DNA of 64,000 nt from Pyrobaculum sp. 3827-6. Lineage in GTDB: Archaea > Thermoproteota > Thermoprotei > Thermoproteales > Thermoproteaceae. Positions 38,890 through 48,007 of this stretch are shown here, in pieces. Below the pieces are notes generated by a model that did no database searches, had not been told where the DNA came from, and saw only the letters and a list, made by a program, of their open reading frames with translations. Numbering within the stretch: the first letter of the stretch is position 1; the number at the start of each line of letters is the position of its first letter. The stretch covers positions 1,200,547 through 1,264,546 of the forward strand of contig NZ_JAOTQN010000001.1 in the NCBI RefSeq assembly GCF_025641885.1, in the 5' to 3' direction. Position numbers and translations under genes: made by a program.

Positions 38890-39570
38890 ATGTATATAGA
38901 CTTGACGATGGAGCTGGGCCCCGACACGCCTGTCTTCCTCGGCTACCCCAAGCCGGCTTTCATCCAGTGGTCCAAGATAGACCTCCACGGCTACTACTCC
39001 CGCGTGATGTACACGCCAGAGCACTCAGCCACACACGTCGACTCCCCCGCCCACTTCGTGCCGGGGGCGAGGACAGTGGACCAGATACCCCCCGAGAAGT
39101 TCATCGGCGCCTTCGTCGCACTCGACTTCTCCGACCTGCCCCCCAGAGGCCAGATAACGCTGAGGGCATTCGAGGCCAGACTCCCCCGCGGCGCCGACCT
39201 CGGCCCCGGCGCCGTGGTCCTCCTCCGGACGGGGTACGACGCCTACGCCGGGACAGACCGCTGGCTGGAGCACCCCGACATATCGCCAGAGCTGGCTGAG
39301 CACCTAGCCAAGCTAGGCATAAACGCCGTGGGGACAGACGCCCCCTCCCCAGACCACGCCCCCTTCGAAATACACAAAATACTCCTCGCGAGGGAGGTTT
39401 TGATATACGAAAACCTCACAAACCTCGCCGCCGTCGTCGGCAAGAGAGGCCGCTTCTACGGCCTACCCCTAGTGCTATCCCCACACCCCATCTTCATTTT
39501 TCCTGACTCGACGTCGGATGTTTTTCCTGATTCAGGAAGATTGTCTGATTTTAACTCAGGTAAAATGTAG
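38890..39570 (+). CDS. Cyclase-family protein (arylformamidase/kynurenine formamidase-like); C-terminus fused into IS hairpin sequence
   Basis: PF04199-like motifs (HSATHVDSPAHF, LLRTGYD, GTDAPSPD). The last ~28 codons (PHPIFIFPDSTSDVFPDSGRLSDFNSGKM) are encoded by the IS terminal hairpin repeat. Confidence 0.7.
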   Translation: MYIDLTMELGPDTPVFLGYPKPAFIQWSKIDLHGYYSRVMYTPEHSATHVDSPAHFVPGARTVDQIPPEKFIGAFVALDFSDLPPRGQITLRAFEARLPRGADLGPGAVVLLRTGYDAYAGTDRWLEHPDISPELAEHLAKLGINAVGTDAPSPDHAPFEIHKILLAREVLIYENLTNLAAVVGKRGRFYGLPLVLSPHPIFIFPDSTSDVFPDSGRLSDFNSGKM

Positions 39571-40716
39571 ATGGGAGGGTTGAAAGTCGTGTTGGGAAAA
39601 AAGGGGGATTATTTCCCGGTACCTCTTCTGTGCCCAATGTATCGGCACATCGTCACGGTTGGCCTCAAAGCCGCACTGACATTTCACCCTTCTGTTCGGA
39701 AGCTCCTCCATCTTTGCTCCGCATCTGGGGCAAATGGTGGAGTACAGCCTCAGCTCTGCGTAGGGCACCCCGTACCACTCGGCAAGCTCCCTCAGCCTCT
39801 TCACAAGCCTCCCCACATTGAGATACTTCTTGACGTTTGACTTTACCCTATCGCCTTTCTTCAGCCCCCGTATAGATTCGTCTATGGGCTCGTCCACTAC
39901 GACGGCGGCTTTGTACTGCATAGCGAGCTTCACGATCTTCTTTGCCGCCTCTATTGTCCATTGCCTCCACAGCCGCCAGAGGCGGCTCTTGGCCTCTGTT
40001 GCCTTTTTGCAGTAGGCGCCGCCTTTTGTGGTACATAGGGAGTCCAGCCTGGCGATCTCCCTCTCCAAGCGGCCGATGCGGCCGAGATCAGGCCTCAAGA
40101 TGCCCTTCTGCAACACCTTATCTTCCTCTATGGTGGCTATCACTATGCCGTTGTGGAGGGCGTTGACGTCGACTACGAGAAGCCTCTTGGGCTGGTATGG
40201 CGTAATTTCTCTGTGGAACACAAGCACCACGTTGAAAGTGGCGATGTTGCTGTCCCGCCGCCTGCCTACCCACGCCAGGGCGAATTTCAGCTGGGCGCTC
40301 TCCTTCACCCTTTCTTCAATCCACTTGATCTCAGACTTCCTCAGCTTAATCACGATGGTGTTGCCTCTCTCGCCGCTCCACTTCCTGATTCTAACCTCCC
40401 TCTCTGACAGATCTACAAGGACGCCGCGGCTGTTGTCGCCCGCGTTTTTATCAAGCCTCAGCTCTGCGTTGAAAGGAAGCGGCACCCTCCACACGCCATT
40501 CTTAAGCCCATTCGCGGGCAAGAGCTTCAACGCATGTTTCAACTCAGTGGCGAAGTACTTCAGTGGATTCTGCTGTGGGAGCGGTGCTTTGAATCCGCTC
40601 TTGTACCACTCCGTTGCCCACTCCTGGAACTTCTGTTGCACCTCTAGGAATTTGGTCAGCTGATGCGGCGGTATTTCTTCCACTCTCCTCTTTATTACCA
40701 GCGTTCGGTAGCCCAT
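39556..40716 (-). CDS. tnpB: TnpB (IS605 OrfB) RNA-guided nuclease-like transposon protein
   Basis: 386 aa with a RuvC-like split nuclease domain and a C-terminal zinc finger CPRCG...CQCG, which is typical TnpB architecture. Confidence 0.85.
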   Translation of the reverse strand: MGYRTLVIKRRVEEIPPHQLTKFLEVQQKFQEWATEWYKSGFKAPLPQQNPLKYFATELKHALKLLPANGLKNGVWRVPLPFNAELRLDKNAGDNSRGVLVDLSEREVRIRKWSGERGNTIVIKLRKSEIKWIEERVKESAQLKFALAWVGRRRDSNIATFNVVLVFHREITPYQPKRLLVVDVNALHNGIVIATIEEDKVLQKGILRPDLGRIGRLEREIARLDSLCTTKGGAYCKKATEAKSRLWRLWRQWTIEAAKKIVKLAMQYKAAVVVDEPIDESIRGLKKGDRVKSNVKKYLNVGRLVKRLRELAEWYGVPYAELRLYSTICPRCGAKMEELPNRRVKCQCGFEANRDDVPIHWAQKRYREIIPLFSQHDFQPSHLHFT

Positions 40717-40768
40717 GTCCCGCTATGCACACCTCCACACGTGGAAGTGACGCCCCACCGTTGTTACC

Positions 40769-41248
40769 TCAGCCAGGGGGCGGCTTGTCTGCATGCACAG
40801 CGGCTAAGTGGTTTTCCGAGCAACCGCCGCATAGCGCCTCTGCCTGAAGCGTAGAGGTGCTGGCTGGTGAAGCGCCTACAAACTTGGCGTATTTCGCCAT
40901 GGTCACCGGCTCCTCCACCGGCTTGTCCTGGCTCCTGGCCCTGGGGGGGAGGGGAGGCTTCCTCGGCTCTGCGGAGGGCCTCCTTCTGTTGAGCGGGGGC
41001 TTGAAGACCGCGTGGAGCCACGCCTCCCACATCTCGGCGAGACGCCTCCTCCGCGTGTAGGCCAAGATGATGAAGACGTCGGCCCTAAGCCCCCTCCTCG
41101 CCGCCGAGGAGCGCCCCCGGAGGTGCATGTAGACCCGGTCGTAGTAGCCGCGGCGCTTCCCCACCCCCACATACGCCACACGCCCACCCGCCAGCACCAA
41201 GTAGGCGTAGTGGACAGCCCCCACGAATACATCGGAATTTAAAGCCAA
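40769..41248 (-). CDS. Possible GIY-YIG nuclease-domain protein in the tnpA position of the IS (tentative)
   Basis: The N-terminal ~90 aa fit GIY-YIG spacing: YAY-x9-YVGVG-x~12-R..H (VHYAYLVLAGGRVAYVGVGKRRGYYDRVYMH), then E (AEMWEAW). The C-terminal half is low-complexity. No HuH/Y1 transposase motifs. The region is GC-rich with many alternative ORFs. Confidence 0.3.
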   Translation of the reverse strand: MALNSDVFVGAVHYAYLVLAGGRVAYVGVGKRRGYYDRVYMHLRGRSSAARRGLRADVFIILAYTRRRRLAEMWEAWLHAVFKPPLNRRRPSAEPRKPPLPPRARSQDKPVEEPVTMAKYAKFVGASPASTSTLQAEALCGGCSENHLAAVHADKPPPG

Positions 41249-41399
41249 CTACGGCTTTCCACTCCCCCATATACGTTTTTCCTGACTTGACATCGGACGT
41301 TCTGCCTGATTCAGGAAAAACGTCTGACGTTGAGTCAGGAAGAATGTAGATGGAGTGTTGCGCCGCCTCGGCATAATTTTGAACTGTCCGCACGCCATA

Positions 41400-41760
41400 A
41401 CAGTTGAAAGAGAGGGATGCCGAAGCCAGTTCCAAATCTAAAGATTTGGAATTGGTGAAGACGGAATGGGCGAAGCTTGACGTACGCCGATCGTTAATTC
41501 ATAAATTGGGGATGTGTTTATGCGCACATGGGCAAGCTGGCGCCCGCCCCGCCTCCCGCGAGGGCACCGGGAGGCGCCGTTGCGTCCAATACGCTCCGCC
41601 GAAGGGGCGGCGTTATTCCTCCGGGCGGCCCCGCCCCGGAAGTCCGCAAGGACGATCCGGGGCCCCGTGCCCCCCGGGACGCCCGGAGAGTAGAAAGGGG
41701 GTATACCCCTCAAGCTAACACAGGGAAGCGGCGCACCCGTAAGGGCAATCGTGGAGATAA
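41400..41760. repeat. GC-rich repeat element copy A (candidate structured ncRNA or mobile-element terminus), homologous to 63560..63840
   Basis: Shared blocks with copy B: AGTTGAAAGA..GCCAGTTCCAAATCTAA (hairpin), CGTT.ATTCAT.AAAT.GGGGA, CGCTCCGCCGAAGGGG.GGCGTTA..CTCC.GGCGGCCCCGCCC, GAGAGTAGAAA.GGGG. Some stems differ in sequence but keep their pairing, e.g. CCCGG...CCGGG versus GGCCGAG...CTCGGGCC. Confidence 0.5.
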
Positions 41761-41809
41761 CGCCGGCATAGCCACCGGGTGATTTAAATACAGGCCACCA
41801 TCCGCTCCC

Positions 41810-43204
41810 GTGGCCGGCACGAGGATACTTGCCGCCGTCAGCGGCGCCGTGGCGCTCGCCGCCTCCCTCATCTACACACTTACAGTAACCAGGAGGCTCC
41901 CCACCCAAGACCTCGCCCTGCTCACCCTCTACAACTCCGCCTACGCCGTCGCCACCGCCGTCGTGGGCTACGCAACCACGTGGTACCCACGGGTGCTAGC
42001 AAAGGACCCGAGCCGCCTCCCCGAGCTAGCCGCCGCCGGCATCCTAGTCGCCCTCGCCGCCGCCATCCCCCTAGCCGCCTACCTCGCCCTATACGGGAGG
42101 CTAGACCCCGTACTCCTCGCCCTTGGTGCAACCTCGCTGGTGCTGTTTGCGTGGCCCGCCGGCGCCTACATAGCGGTTTACAGACAGAGGCTGAGCGTAG
42201 CGGCTAATTTCGCAAGTCAGCTGGTCAAGATCGGCGGTGCCTACGCCGTGAGGCAGAGCCCCACTGCGTATGTGGCTATCGCCGTCACGGCGCTGATGCT
42301 ACTACCCGCCGCAGTGGCTAAGAGAGCTAAGCCAAATTTTAGAAGAGCTATCCCGACAGTCGTGGCTTTTCTGAGAGGCGCGCCCTACCAGACCCTGTTC
42401 TTGGCGACCACCGCGGCGGGCGGCCTCGTTACGTACGCCATCCTCTTGGCAGGCGGCGACAAGTTGCTTTCCTACAACTTCATACTCTTTCAAATCAGCA
42501 AATCGGTGTACCCAGCCCTCGCCATTGTGCCGCTTATGTACGGCTCGCTACTCACAGAAAAAGACAAGACGAGGCGGGCGTTGATAGACGGCGCCGTCCT
42601 CCTCTACCTCTACCTCCTCGCCGCCGCTGTTATGGCAAAAACCCCCCAGTGGTACATAGCCCTACTCAGACCCACAGAGCTAAACAGCGAACTCATAGAG
42701 GCTGTGAGGCTAAACGCGGCCGCCCTTGTAGCATCAGGCATATATCTCCATGCAGACACAACACTCAAAGGCCTCACAGAGAAAGAAATATTTTCACTAA
42801 AAGATCCACCTGCAAAAGCCTTACTCTTAGACCTAGTCACCGCACCCATCAACACAGCCCTCACCTACGCCCTTGCTAAATCCCTAGGAGCCCCCGGCAT
42901 GGTACTAGCCCAGCTCATAATTTTAGCCACAATCGCCTCATATAGAATACAACTTCTAGGTGTACATGCTAAACAACTCATAACACAACTTTACCTCCCC
43001 TCCGCCATAACGCTTATAGCTATCTACCTAACCCCGATGCCACTCTTCCCATTTGCCTCTAAAAACCTTATAGATACCATAACAACATACATTCCCAACC
43101 TAGTCATTTTAGCCCTAGTAGCTGGAGGATACATGTTAGCCCTCTCTAGATCAGCTCGAGAAGCCGCCACAACGCTATTGAGAAAAGCCACACGCCAAAT
43201 TTAA
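41810..43204 (+). CDS. Polysaccharide/oligosaccharide flippase (Wzx/MOP superfamily)
   Basis: 464 aa, ~12-14 TM helices, first gene of the glycan cluster. Confidence 0.7.
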   Translation: MAGTRILAAVSGAVALAASLIYTLTVTRRLPTQDLALLTLYNSAYAVATAVVGYATTWYPRVLAKDPSRLPELAAAGILVALAAAIPLAAYLALYGRLDPVLLALGATSLVLFAWPAGAYIAVYRQRLSVAANFASQLVKIGGAYAVRQSPTAYVAIAVTALMLLPAAVAKRAKPNFRRAIPTVVAFLRGAPYQTLFLATTAAGGLVTYAILLAGGDKLLSYNFILFQISKSVYPALAIVPLMYGSLLTEKDKTRRALIDGAVLLYLYLLAAAVMAKTPQWYIALLRPTELNSELIEAVRLNAAALVASGIYLHADTTLKGLTEKEIFSLKDPPAKALLLDLVTAPINTALTYALAKSLGAPGMVLAQLIILATIASYRIQLLGVHAKQLITQLYLPSAITLIAIYLTPMPLFPFASKNLIDTITTYIPNLVILALVAGGYMLALSRSAREAATTLLRKATRQI

Positions 43205-43225
43205 ATAACGTAACAAGACAGCAAC

Positions 43226-44431
43226 GTGTACGCAGTAGTAGCCCACCACTACTGGGGAAGCCCCGGGGGAGGACAGCTAGTCTGCGCCGCCACAGCCTGG
43301 TCCCTAGACGCTATGGGATACCGCCCTGTCCTCACCGGCACCTTCAAATTCGACCCGGCAAAATACCGCGAGTGGTACGGCATAGACCTCGCCAAGTACT
43401 CCGCCGTCACTCTCCCCATATCAGCCAGAGCCTTCGGCCTATGGGCCAGGCTGTGGGTGTGGCGCCCCGCCGCCAAAGCTATAAAGAAGTACAAGCCAGA
43501 TATCGTGTTCATAGACGAAGTCACCTACAAGCCGCTCTTAAAGGAGAAGGACTTCAAGCTAGTGGAGTACATACACTTTCCCTTTGAGGTGGTGGTTGAC
43601 CCCCGCTTCAAGGGCACCGGCTTGGCCTACGGCGAGGATCCCTACATAATGGAGCGCTACGGCAGATTCCCCCTAAACCTCTACTGGAAGATCTTCGTCA
43701 AGGGGCTCAAGAGGTACATGCGGGAGAACCCCTTCCACGCCGCCGACGCCGTGCTGGTAAACTCCAAGTGGACAGCCGAAGTAGCGAAGATGGTCTACGG
43801 CGAGAGGCCCGCCGTCCTGAACCCCCCGCTACCCCCAAACGTCGAGATCGTTGAGAAGCCCAGGCCCTTCGAGGAGAGGAAGCCGTGGGTCGTCATGCTG
43901 GGCCGCTTCAGCCAGGAGAAGAGGTACCACTGGGTAGTGACGGAGGTGGCCCCCCGCCTCTTCAAGGAGGTGCCCGAGGCCCGTCTCTTCATCTTCGGCG
44001 GGGCCGCCACGCCCACATTACAGGCGTACAAGGAGCGGGTGAGGCTGATGGCGCAAAACGCCGGGCTGAAGGTCGCCGAGACGCTGGACGCAGACGCCCA
44101 GGTCTATTTGATCGCCAACGCTCCCCGCCGCCTTATAAACGAGGTGATGGACCAGGCAAGGGCCTTCCTCCACGCCACGGTAAATGAGCACTGGGGCATC
44201 GCCGTCGCGGAGGCCATGGCTCGGGGATTGACGCCGGTTGTACACAAATCCGGCGGCACGTGGACAGACCTAGTGGAAATGGGGAGGTACGGCATGGGAT
44301 ACGAATCGTCGGAGGAAGCCGTCGAGGCGCTGTCAAAGGCCTTGCTCAACGGCGCGGTCTACCCGACTTGGGAAAAGACAAAAGAAGTCAGTCTCGATCA
44401 CTACGTTGCGAAGCTCCGCCAGTATCTATGA
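43226..44431 (+). CDS. Glycosyltransferase family 4 (GT-B, GT1/GT4-like)
   Basis: C-terminal GT4 signature ...RAFLHATVNEHWGIAVAEAMARGLTPVVHKSGG (EX7E-type). Confidence 0.8.
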   Translation: MYAVVAHHYWGSPGGGQLVCAATAWSLDAMGYRPVLTGTFKFDPAKYREWYGIDLAKYSAVTLPISARAFGLWARLWVWRPAAKAIKKYKPDIVFIDEVTYKPLLKEKDFKLVEYIHFPFEVVVDPRFKGTGLAYGEDPYIMERYGRFPLNLYWKIFVKGLKRYMRENPFHAADAVLVNSKWTAEVAKMVYGERPAVLNPPLPPNVEIVEKPRPFEERKPWVVMLGRFSQEKRYHWVVTEVAPRLFKEVPEARLFIFGGAATPTLQAYKERVRLMAQNAGLKVAETLDADAQVYLIANAPRRLINEVMDQARAFLHATVNEHWGIAVAEAMARGLTPVVHKSGGTWTDLVEMGRYGMGYESSEEAVEALSKALLNGAVYPTWEKTKEVSLDHYVAKLRQYL

Positions 44432-45207
44432 TCCTCGCCACATACCTCCCCATCCACCGCGTCATCGAGCTAAAAATTTTCAAAGAAAATATAGAAATTG
44501 CAAATCCAGATAAAATAGTTATTTGTATAGATTATTACTTTGATAAAAATCAAGATACACTCTATCAACAGTTTATAAGGGAACTGGGAGAGGCGGAAAC
44601 CATAAAAGGCAACTGGAGGAATAGATCGTCTTGCTTGCTCAGACTCGTCCGCCACATTGCGGAGAACGGAGGCGACGGACTGATAGTGGACTCCGACGTC
44701 GTGCTCCCACAACAATGGAAAGAAATCGACAAGAAGCTCAACCTACCCTTTTACCACCTAGCCCATGAGGCTTGGCGACACAAGAGAGTGCGCAGGGAGA
44801 TAGTAAATGGCATAGAGGTATACTACTGGAAGGTAAAAGATCCCCTTGCAAAGTACATGCAGGTATTTACCGGTCCAAAACTAGGAATTAGATACAAAGG
44901 GCTGACGCTAAATCTCAAAGCAGTAGATGAAGTAACGGCATTCTTTGACGAGGTCGACACGTACTACTCAAGCATTATAGCCGACGAGGTAGCTCTCGGC
45001 ATAGTCTACGACCTCAGCGGAGTGAAAGAAGTCCCCTTCATAGTGGGTGCACGTCACTATGTACATAAGTCATATCCAGCAGTTAAATCAGATGAAAAAC
45101 TACGTAAATGCATATACGCAAAGGCATTAGTCAAGCTTTATAGAAGATTTAATTACAAACTACCGCAACTCAGATACCTGGTATCACAGCTACTAAACTG
45201 CCATTAG
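44428..45207 (+). CDS. Hypothetical protein (AT-rich cassette gene 1), ATGA-coupled to the GT4 gene
   Basis: The start MILATYLPIHRV overlaps the GT4 stop. The ~260-aa protein is AT-rich (low GC from 44460). No confident family. The track ORF 44260..45207 is over-extended upstream. Confidence 0.45.
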   Translation: MILATYLPIHRVIELKIFKENIEIANPDKIVICIDYYFDKNQDTLYQQFIRELGEAETIKGNWRNRSSCLLRLVRHIAENGGDGLIVDSDVVLPQQWKEIDKKLNLPFYHLAHEAWRHKRVRREIVNGIEVYYWKVKDPLAKYMQVFTGPKLGIRYKGLTLNLKAVDEVTAFFDEVDTYYSSIIADEVALGIVYDLSGVKEVPFIVGARHYVHKSYPAVKSDEKLRKCIYAKALVKLYRRFNYKLPQLRYLVSQLLNCH

Positions 45208-45238
45208 AAATGAAAGCAAAACCGCCCCTCATATACAT

Positions 45239-46450
45239 ATGAATGTCCCTATTGTTTTGAGTATACTATACCACTCATTAGACGACAGTAGAGGAATAGC
45301 AGAGGAGCGAACACCGCCCTGGAACTACAGAGCCGCTTGGGCCATCACGAAGTATCTCAAAATTCCCACCATAGCCATCAGGCCCACCGAACTGGAACAA
45401 CCGGTTGTAAAAATCCTAAACAACGTAGTAGTAGTCCTCCTCCCATACCACCACCTAAATATACCACTTCCGAAAATGGTAAAATCTACAATAGCCGCCC
45501 TCCAGCCCTTAGAAAGAAATATAAAATATATCTATGACTTAGTAAAAAACATTAAAAAAGACAGACAACAAGTAGTATACTATATACATGAATATAAAAA
45601 TATTTATAACATTCCCTTCTATCTAGATAGAGACAGTCCCTTTATACTTCAACAACATTCCCGAAAACCCTTCGAACCCAAGGTAGCCGATATTATAAAG
45701 ATCAGACTTCTAAGAGGACTGGAAAAAACAGCCTTCTATGCCCTATCTATCTACGAGAAAGAGTCGCTCCAAAGTCTGGGATTCCAGCACGTGTACCTCC
45801 GCCCCATGGGAGTAGCCGTCGACCAAATACCCCTTGTTGAAAAACATAGAAAATATGAGATCCGCGAAAAGCTAGGCCTCCCCACCGACCGAATCATAAT
45901 CACGACCTATGTCTCCACGCCGATATACAAACACGGCGAGCTATTCGACGTCAAGGGCTCCCATCTACTTCCCCACATACTAAGATACCTCTCAACCACG
46001 CACAAAAACACACTTCTCGTAGTCTTCAACCTAAGAGGCGACTTCGCGAACTACCTTAGAAAGATGGGAGCTACGGTATACCCCTACGTGTCCCAAGCCG
46101 AGTTCTTTCAGCACCTCGCCGCCAGCGATCTCTATATACTGCCAGCCACCGACCTCCTAAAATACTCAGGCATAAACATCGCGGTCGTTGAGGCTATGGC
46201 CATGGGCAAGCCGGTCTTGAGCCCCACACTAATCCACCTACCAGATTTAAGACTCCTACCCACAGTAGGCATAGCACCCCCATACATAAACAACATAAAT
46301 AAACTAAATATATTTCTAAAAAAATTAACTGAAATAATTGAAAATATTAATAAATATAAACCAGCAGAAATAAGAGAAGTAGCCCAAAAGTTCTATTCAT
46401 GGGAAACCTTCGCCAACGACTTCAAAGACACACTGCACAAAATCGCCTAA
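45239..46450 (+). CDS. Glycosyltransferase family 4, AT-rich
   Basis: The C-terminal GINIAVVEAMAMGKPVLSP and overall GT-B layout. Markedly lower GC than its neighbours. Confidence 0.7.
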   Translation: MNVPIVLSILYHSLDDSRGIAEERTPPWNYRAAWAITKYLKIPTIAIRPTELEQPVVKILNNVVVVLLPYHHLNIPLPKMVKSTIAALQPLERNIKYIYDLVKNIKKDRQQVVYYIHEYKNIYNIPFYLDRDSPFILQQHSRKPFEPKVADIIKIRLLRGLEKTAFYALSIYEKESLQSLGFQHVYLRPMGVAVDQIPLVEKHRKYEIREKLGLPTDRIIITTYVSTPIYKHGELFDVKGSHLLPHILRYLSTTHKNTLLVVFNLRGDFANYLRKMGATVYPYVSQAEFFQHLAASDLYILPATDLLKYSGINIAVVEAMAMGKPVLSPTLIHLPDLRLLPTVGIAPPYINNINKLNIFLKKLTEIIENINKYKPAEIREVAQKFYSWETFANDFKDTLHKIA

Positions 46451-46611
46451 AAAGGCGTCGCCATCTTTCTAACATGCCTGCCCACCACGCCACTAACCCG
46501 TCGGCCAATCTTTTCTGACTCTCCCAGAGGCTGACCAGCGTAGATTACGATGTTTAAAAGAGGCAACGAGAATAACATTTTCAATTAATCTATAGTGGCA
46601 TCCTATAAGCG

Positions 46612-46883
46612 AGGCCACGGATCGGGCCAGGGCGTTCCTGCACGCCACGGTAAATGAGCACTGGGGCATCGCCGTCGCGGAGGCCATGGCCCGCGGGCTA
46701 ACACCCGTAGTGCACAAGTCGGGAGGGCGTGGATCGACCTGGTGGAGATTGGGAGGTACGGCATGGGTATCTTACAGCCACGAGGCGCTCGCGGCGCTCG
46801 CCAGGCTACTTCTACAGAGACACGACGTAGAGATACACAAAAAGATTAAATCACTAACCTTAGGGGAATCGAGAAGGGCCTAG
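46612..46883 (+). pseudogene. Duplicated 3' fragment of the GT4 gene (copy of ~44148-44345), frameshifted
   Basis: About 200 nt at 46612-46810 are near-identical to the 3' part of the 43226..44431 gene (RAFLHATVNEHWGIAVAEAMARGLTPVVHKSGG...). A 1-nt indel breaks the frame. Confidence 0.6.
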
Positions 46884-48007
46884 CCGCTACTATCTAACCC
46901 CTCTGTGCGATCTTCCATAATCAAGTCGCTATGAGAAACAAACCTCTTTCTCATAAAAGTCGACCTAACGGGAAAGAATACATGGCTGAGCGTCACTATA
47001 GATGGTAGCCTTACCCGCGGCACATTACTTAGATCGATAATGCCGTATTTCGCCTTCAATTTTTGCCCTACCCTCCACCCGTCAACTGTAGCTTTATACA
47101 TTGTACAGTACTTTTCAATACCTAGTTTACAAAGAAGATATGAACTATACTTCACTCTTAAATAATAAATATATGTGAGATGGTAGAAAGGTCTCTTGAC
47201 GATAGAATGGACTATGAACTTCGCCCTTATGGGGTAGTACTTAATCGTGCCGCTTTGGCGTGTGGTTAGCGAAACATAATGCACCCCAGCCACGACAGGC
47301 ACATAGTAACTACCATAGCCGGAGTTCCACAACTTAAGACTCAGAAGTAAGTCATCGGCGTAGAGAAATGTCTCATCAATAAAAGGCATTCCATCAAACC
47401 CCAAACGCCTTATCACGTCGACCTTGGCCACGTAGTAGGCGCCGTCCGCATAGCTCACGGGGTGCGGCTTCCCCGCCGAAGGACAGTCGGAATATTTAGC
47501 ACCATGGCATATTCCAATAGACGACAAGATATCATCAGTAGCCCAACCAGCTGAGTATATAGTCGATCCATCAGGGTAATAGAGCAACCCGCTCGCAGCA
47601 CCCACATCTTCGTTGCCGATCAGAAACTCTACAAGCTGTCTCAGAGAACTAGGCTCTACCACTAGGTCGTTATTTAGAAAAGCGACGATGCGGCTGTCTT
47701 TATCGATCGCTTTCCAGCCCAAGTTCATCCCCCCGGCATACCCCCTGTTGACATCACTCCTAACAATCCTAACACTAATTCCACTTGGCCTCCGCTTATT
47801 CACATACTGCTCAATGGCTTCAGAACTTCCATCTGTAGAAGCGTTATCAACAATAATGATTTCGTAGTTATCATAATCTATACTATATAAAGATTCTAAA
47901 GATTTCAACACAACATCAAGTATTTTCTGACTATTGTAGTTAAGCCAGATTATAGAGACTTTATACACGGCGTCTGCAAACACTATATTTTTAAATATAC
48001 ACGGCAC
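46880..48007 (-). CDS. Glycosyltransferase family 2
   Basis: GT-A motifs (YEIIIVDNASTDGS, DxD-containing ADDLLLS). 375 aa. AT-rich. Confidence 0.8.
   Translation of the reverse strand: MPCIFKNIVFADAVYKVSIIWLNYNSQKILDVVLKSLESLYSIDYDNYEIIIVDNASTDGSSEAIEQYVNKRRPSGISVRIVRSDVNRGYAGGMNLGWKAIDKDSRIVAFLNNDLVVEPSSLRQLVEFLIGNEDVGAASGLLYYPDGSTIYSAGWATDDILSSIGICHGAKYSDCPSAGKPHPVSYADGAYYVAKVDVIRRLGFDGMPFIDETFLYADDLLLSLKLWNSGYGSYYVPVVAGVHYVSLTTRQSGTIKYYPIRAKFIVHSIVKRPFYHLTYIYYLRVKYSSYLLCKLGIEKYCTMYKATVDGWRVGQKLKAKYGIIDLSNVPRVRLPSIVTLSHVFFPVRSTFMRKRFVSHSDLIMEDRTEGLDSSG

Larger units (their letters stand above)
39497..41354 (-). mobile_element. IS200/IS605-family (IS1341-like) element carrying tnpB, bounded by direct subterminal hairpin repeats
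   Basis: Directly repeated ~80-nt imperfect-palindrome segments at 39497-39577 and 41276-41354 (core CCTGATTCAGG, ...ATGTAGATGGRAG) flank tnpB plus one small ORF. The tnpB 3' end lies inside the lower-coordinate hairpin, as expected for the right end of IS605-family elements. Confidence 0.7.

Noticed and set aside
40028-40663. 211-aa plus-strand ORF and several shorter ORFs antisense to tnpB
   Set aside because: They are fully embedded antisense to a well-supported tnpB gene. Ser/Leu-rich composition is typical of antisense artefacts.
41400-41810. RNase P RNA (Pyrobaculum minimal type) or SRP RNA identity for GC-rich repeat copy A
   Set aside because: Segments such as GGAAGUCCGC and ACAGGGAAGCGGCG loosely resemble P4 strands. 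I could not build the P4 pairing or find the other universally conserved regions. The second copy lacks the 3' segment. SRP helix-8 motifs were not found. I am leaving it as an unclassified repeat pending covariance-model scans.
44260-44430. N-terminal extension of the track ORF 44260..45207
   Set aside because: The extension overlaps the C-terminus of the GT4 gene in another frame. An ATG at 44428, overlapping the GT4 stop (ATGA), gives a coherent start at the GC-to-AT transition.
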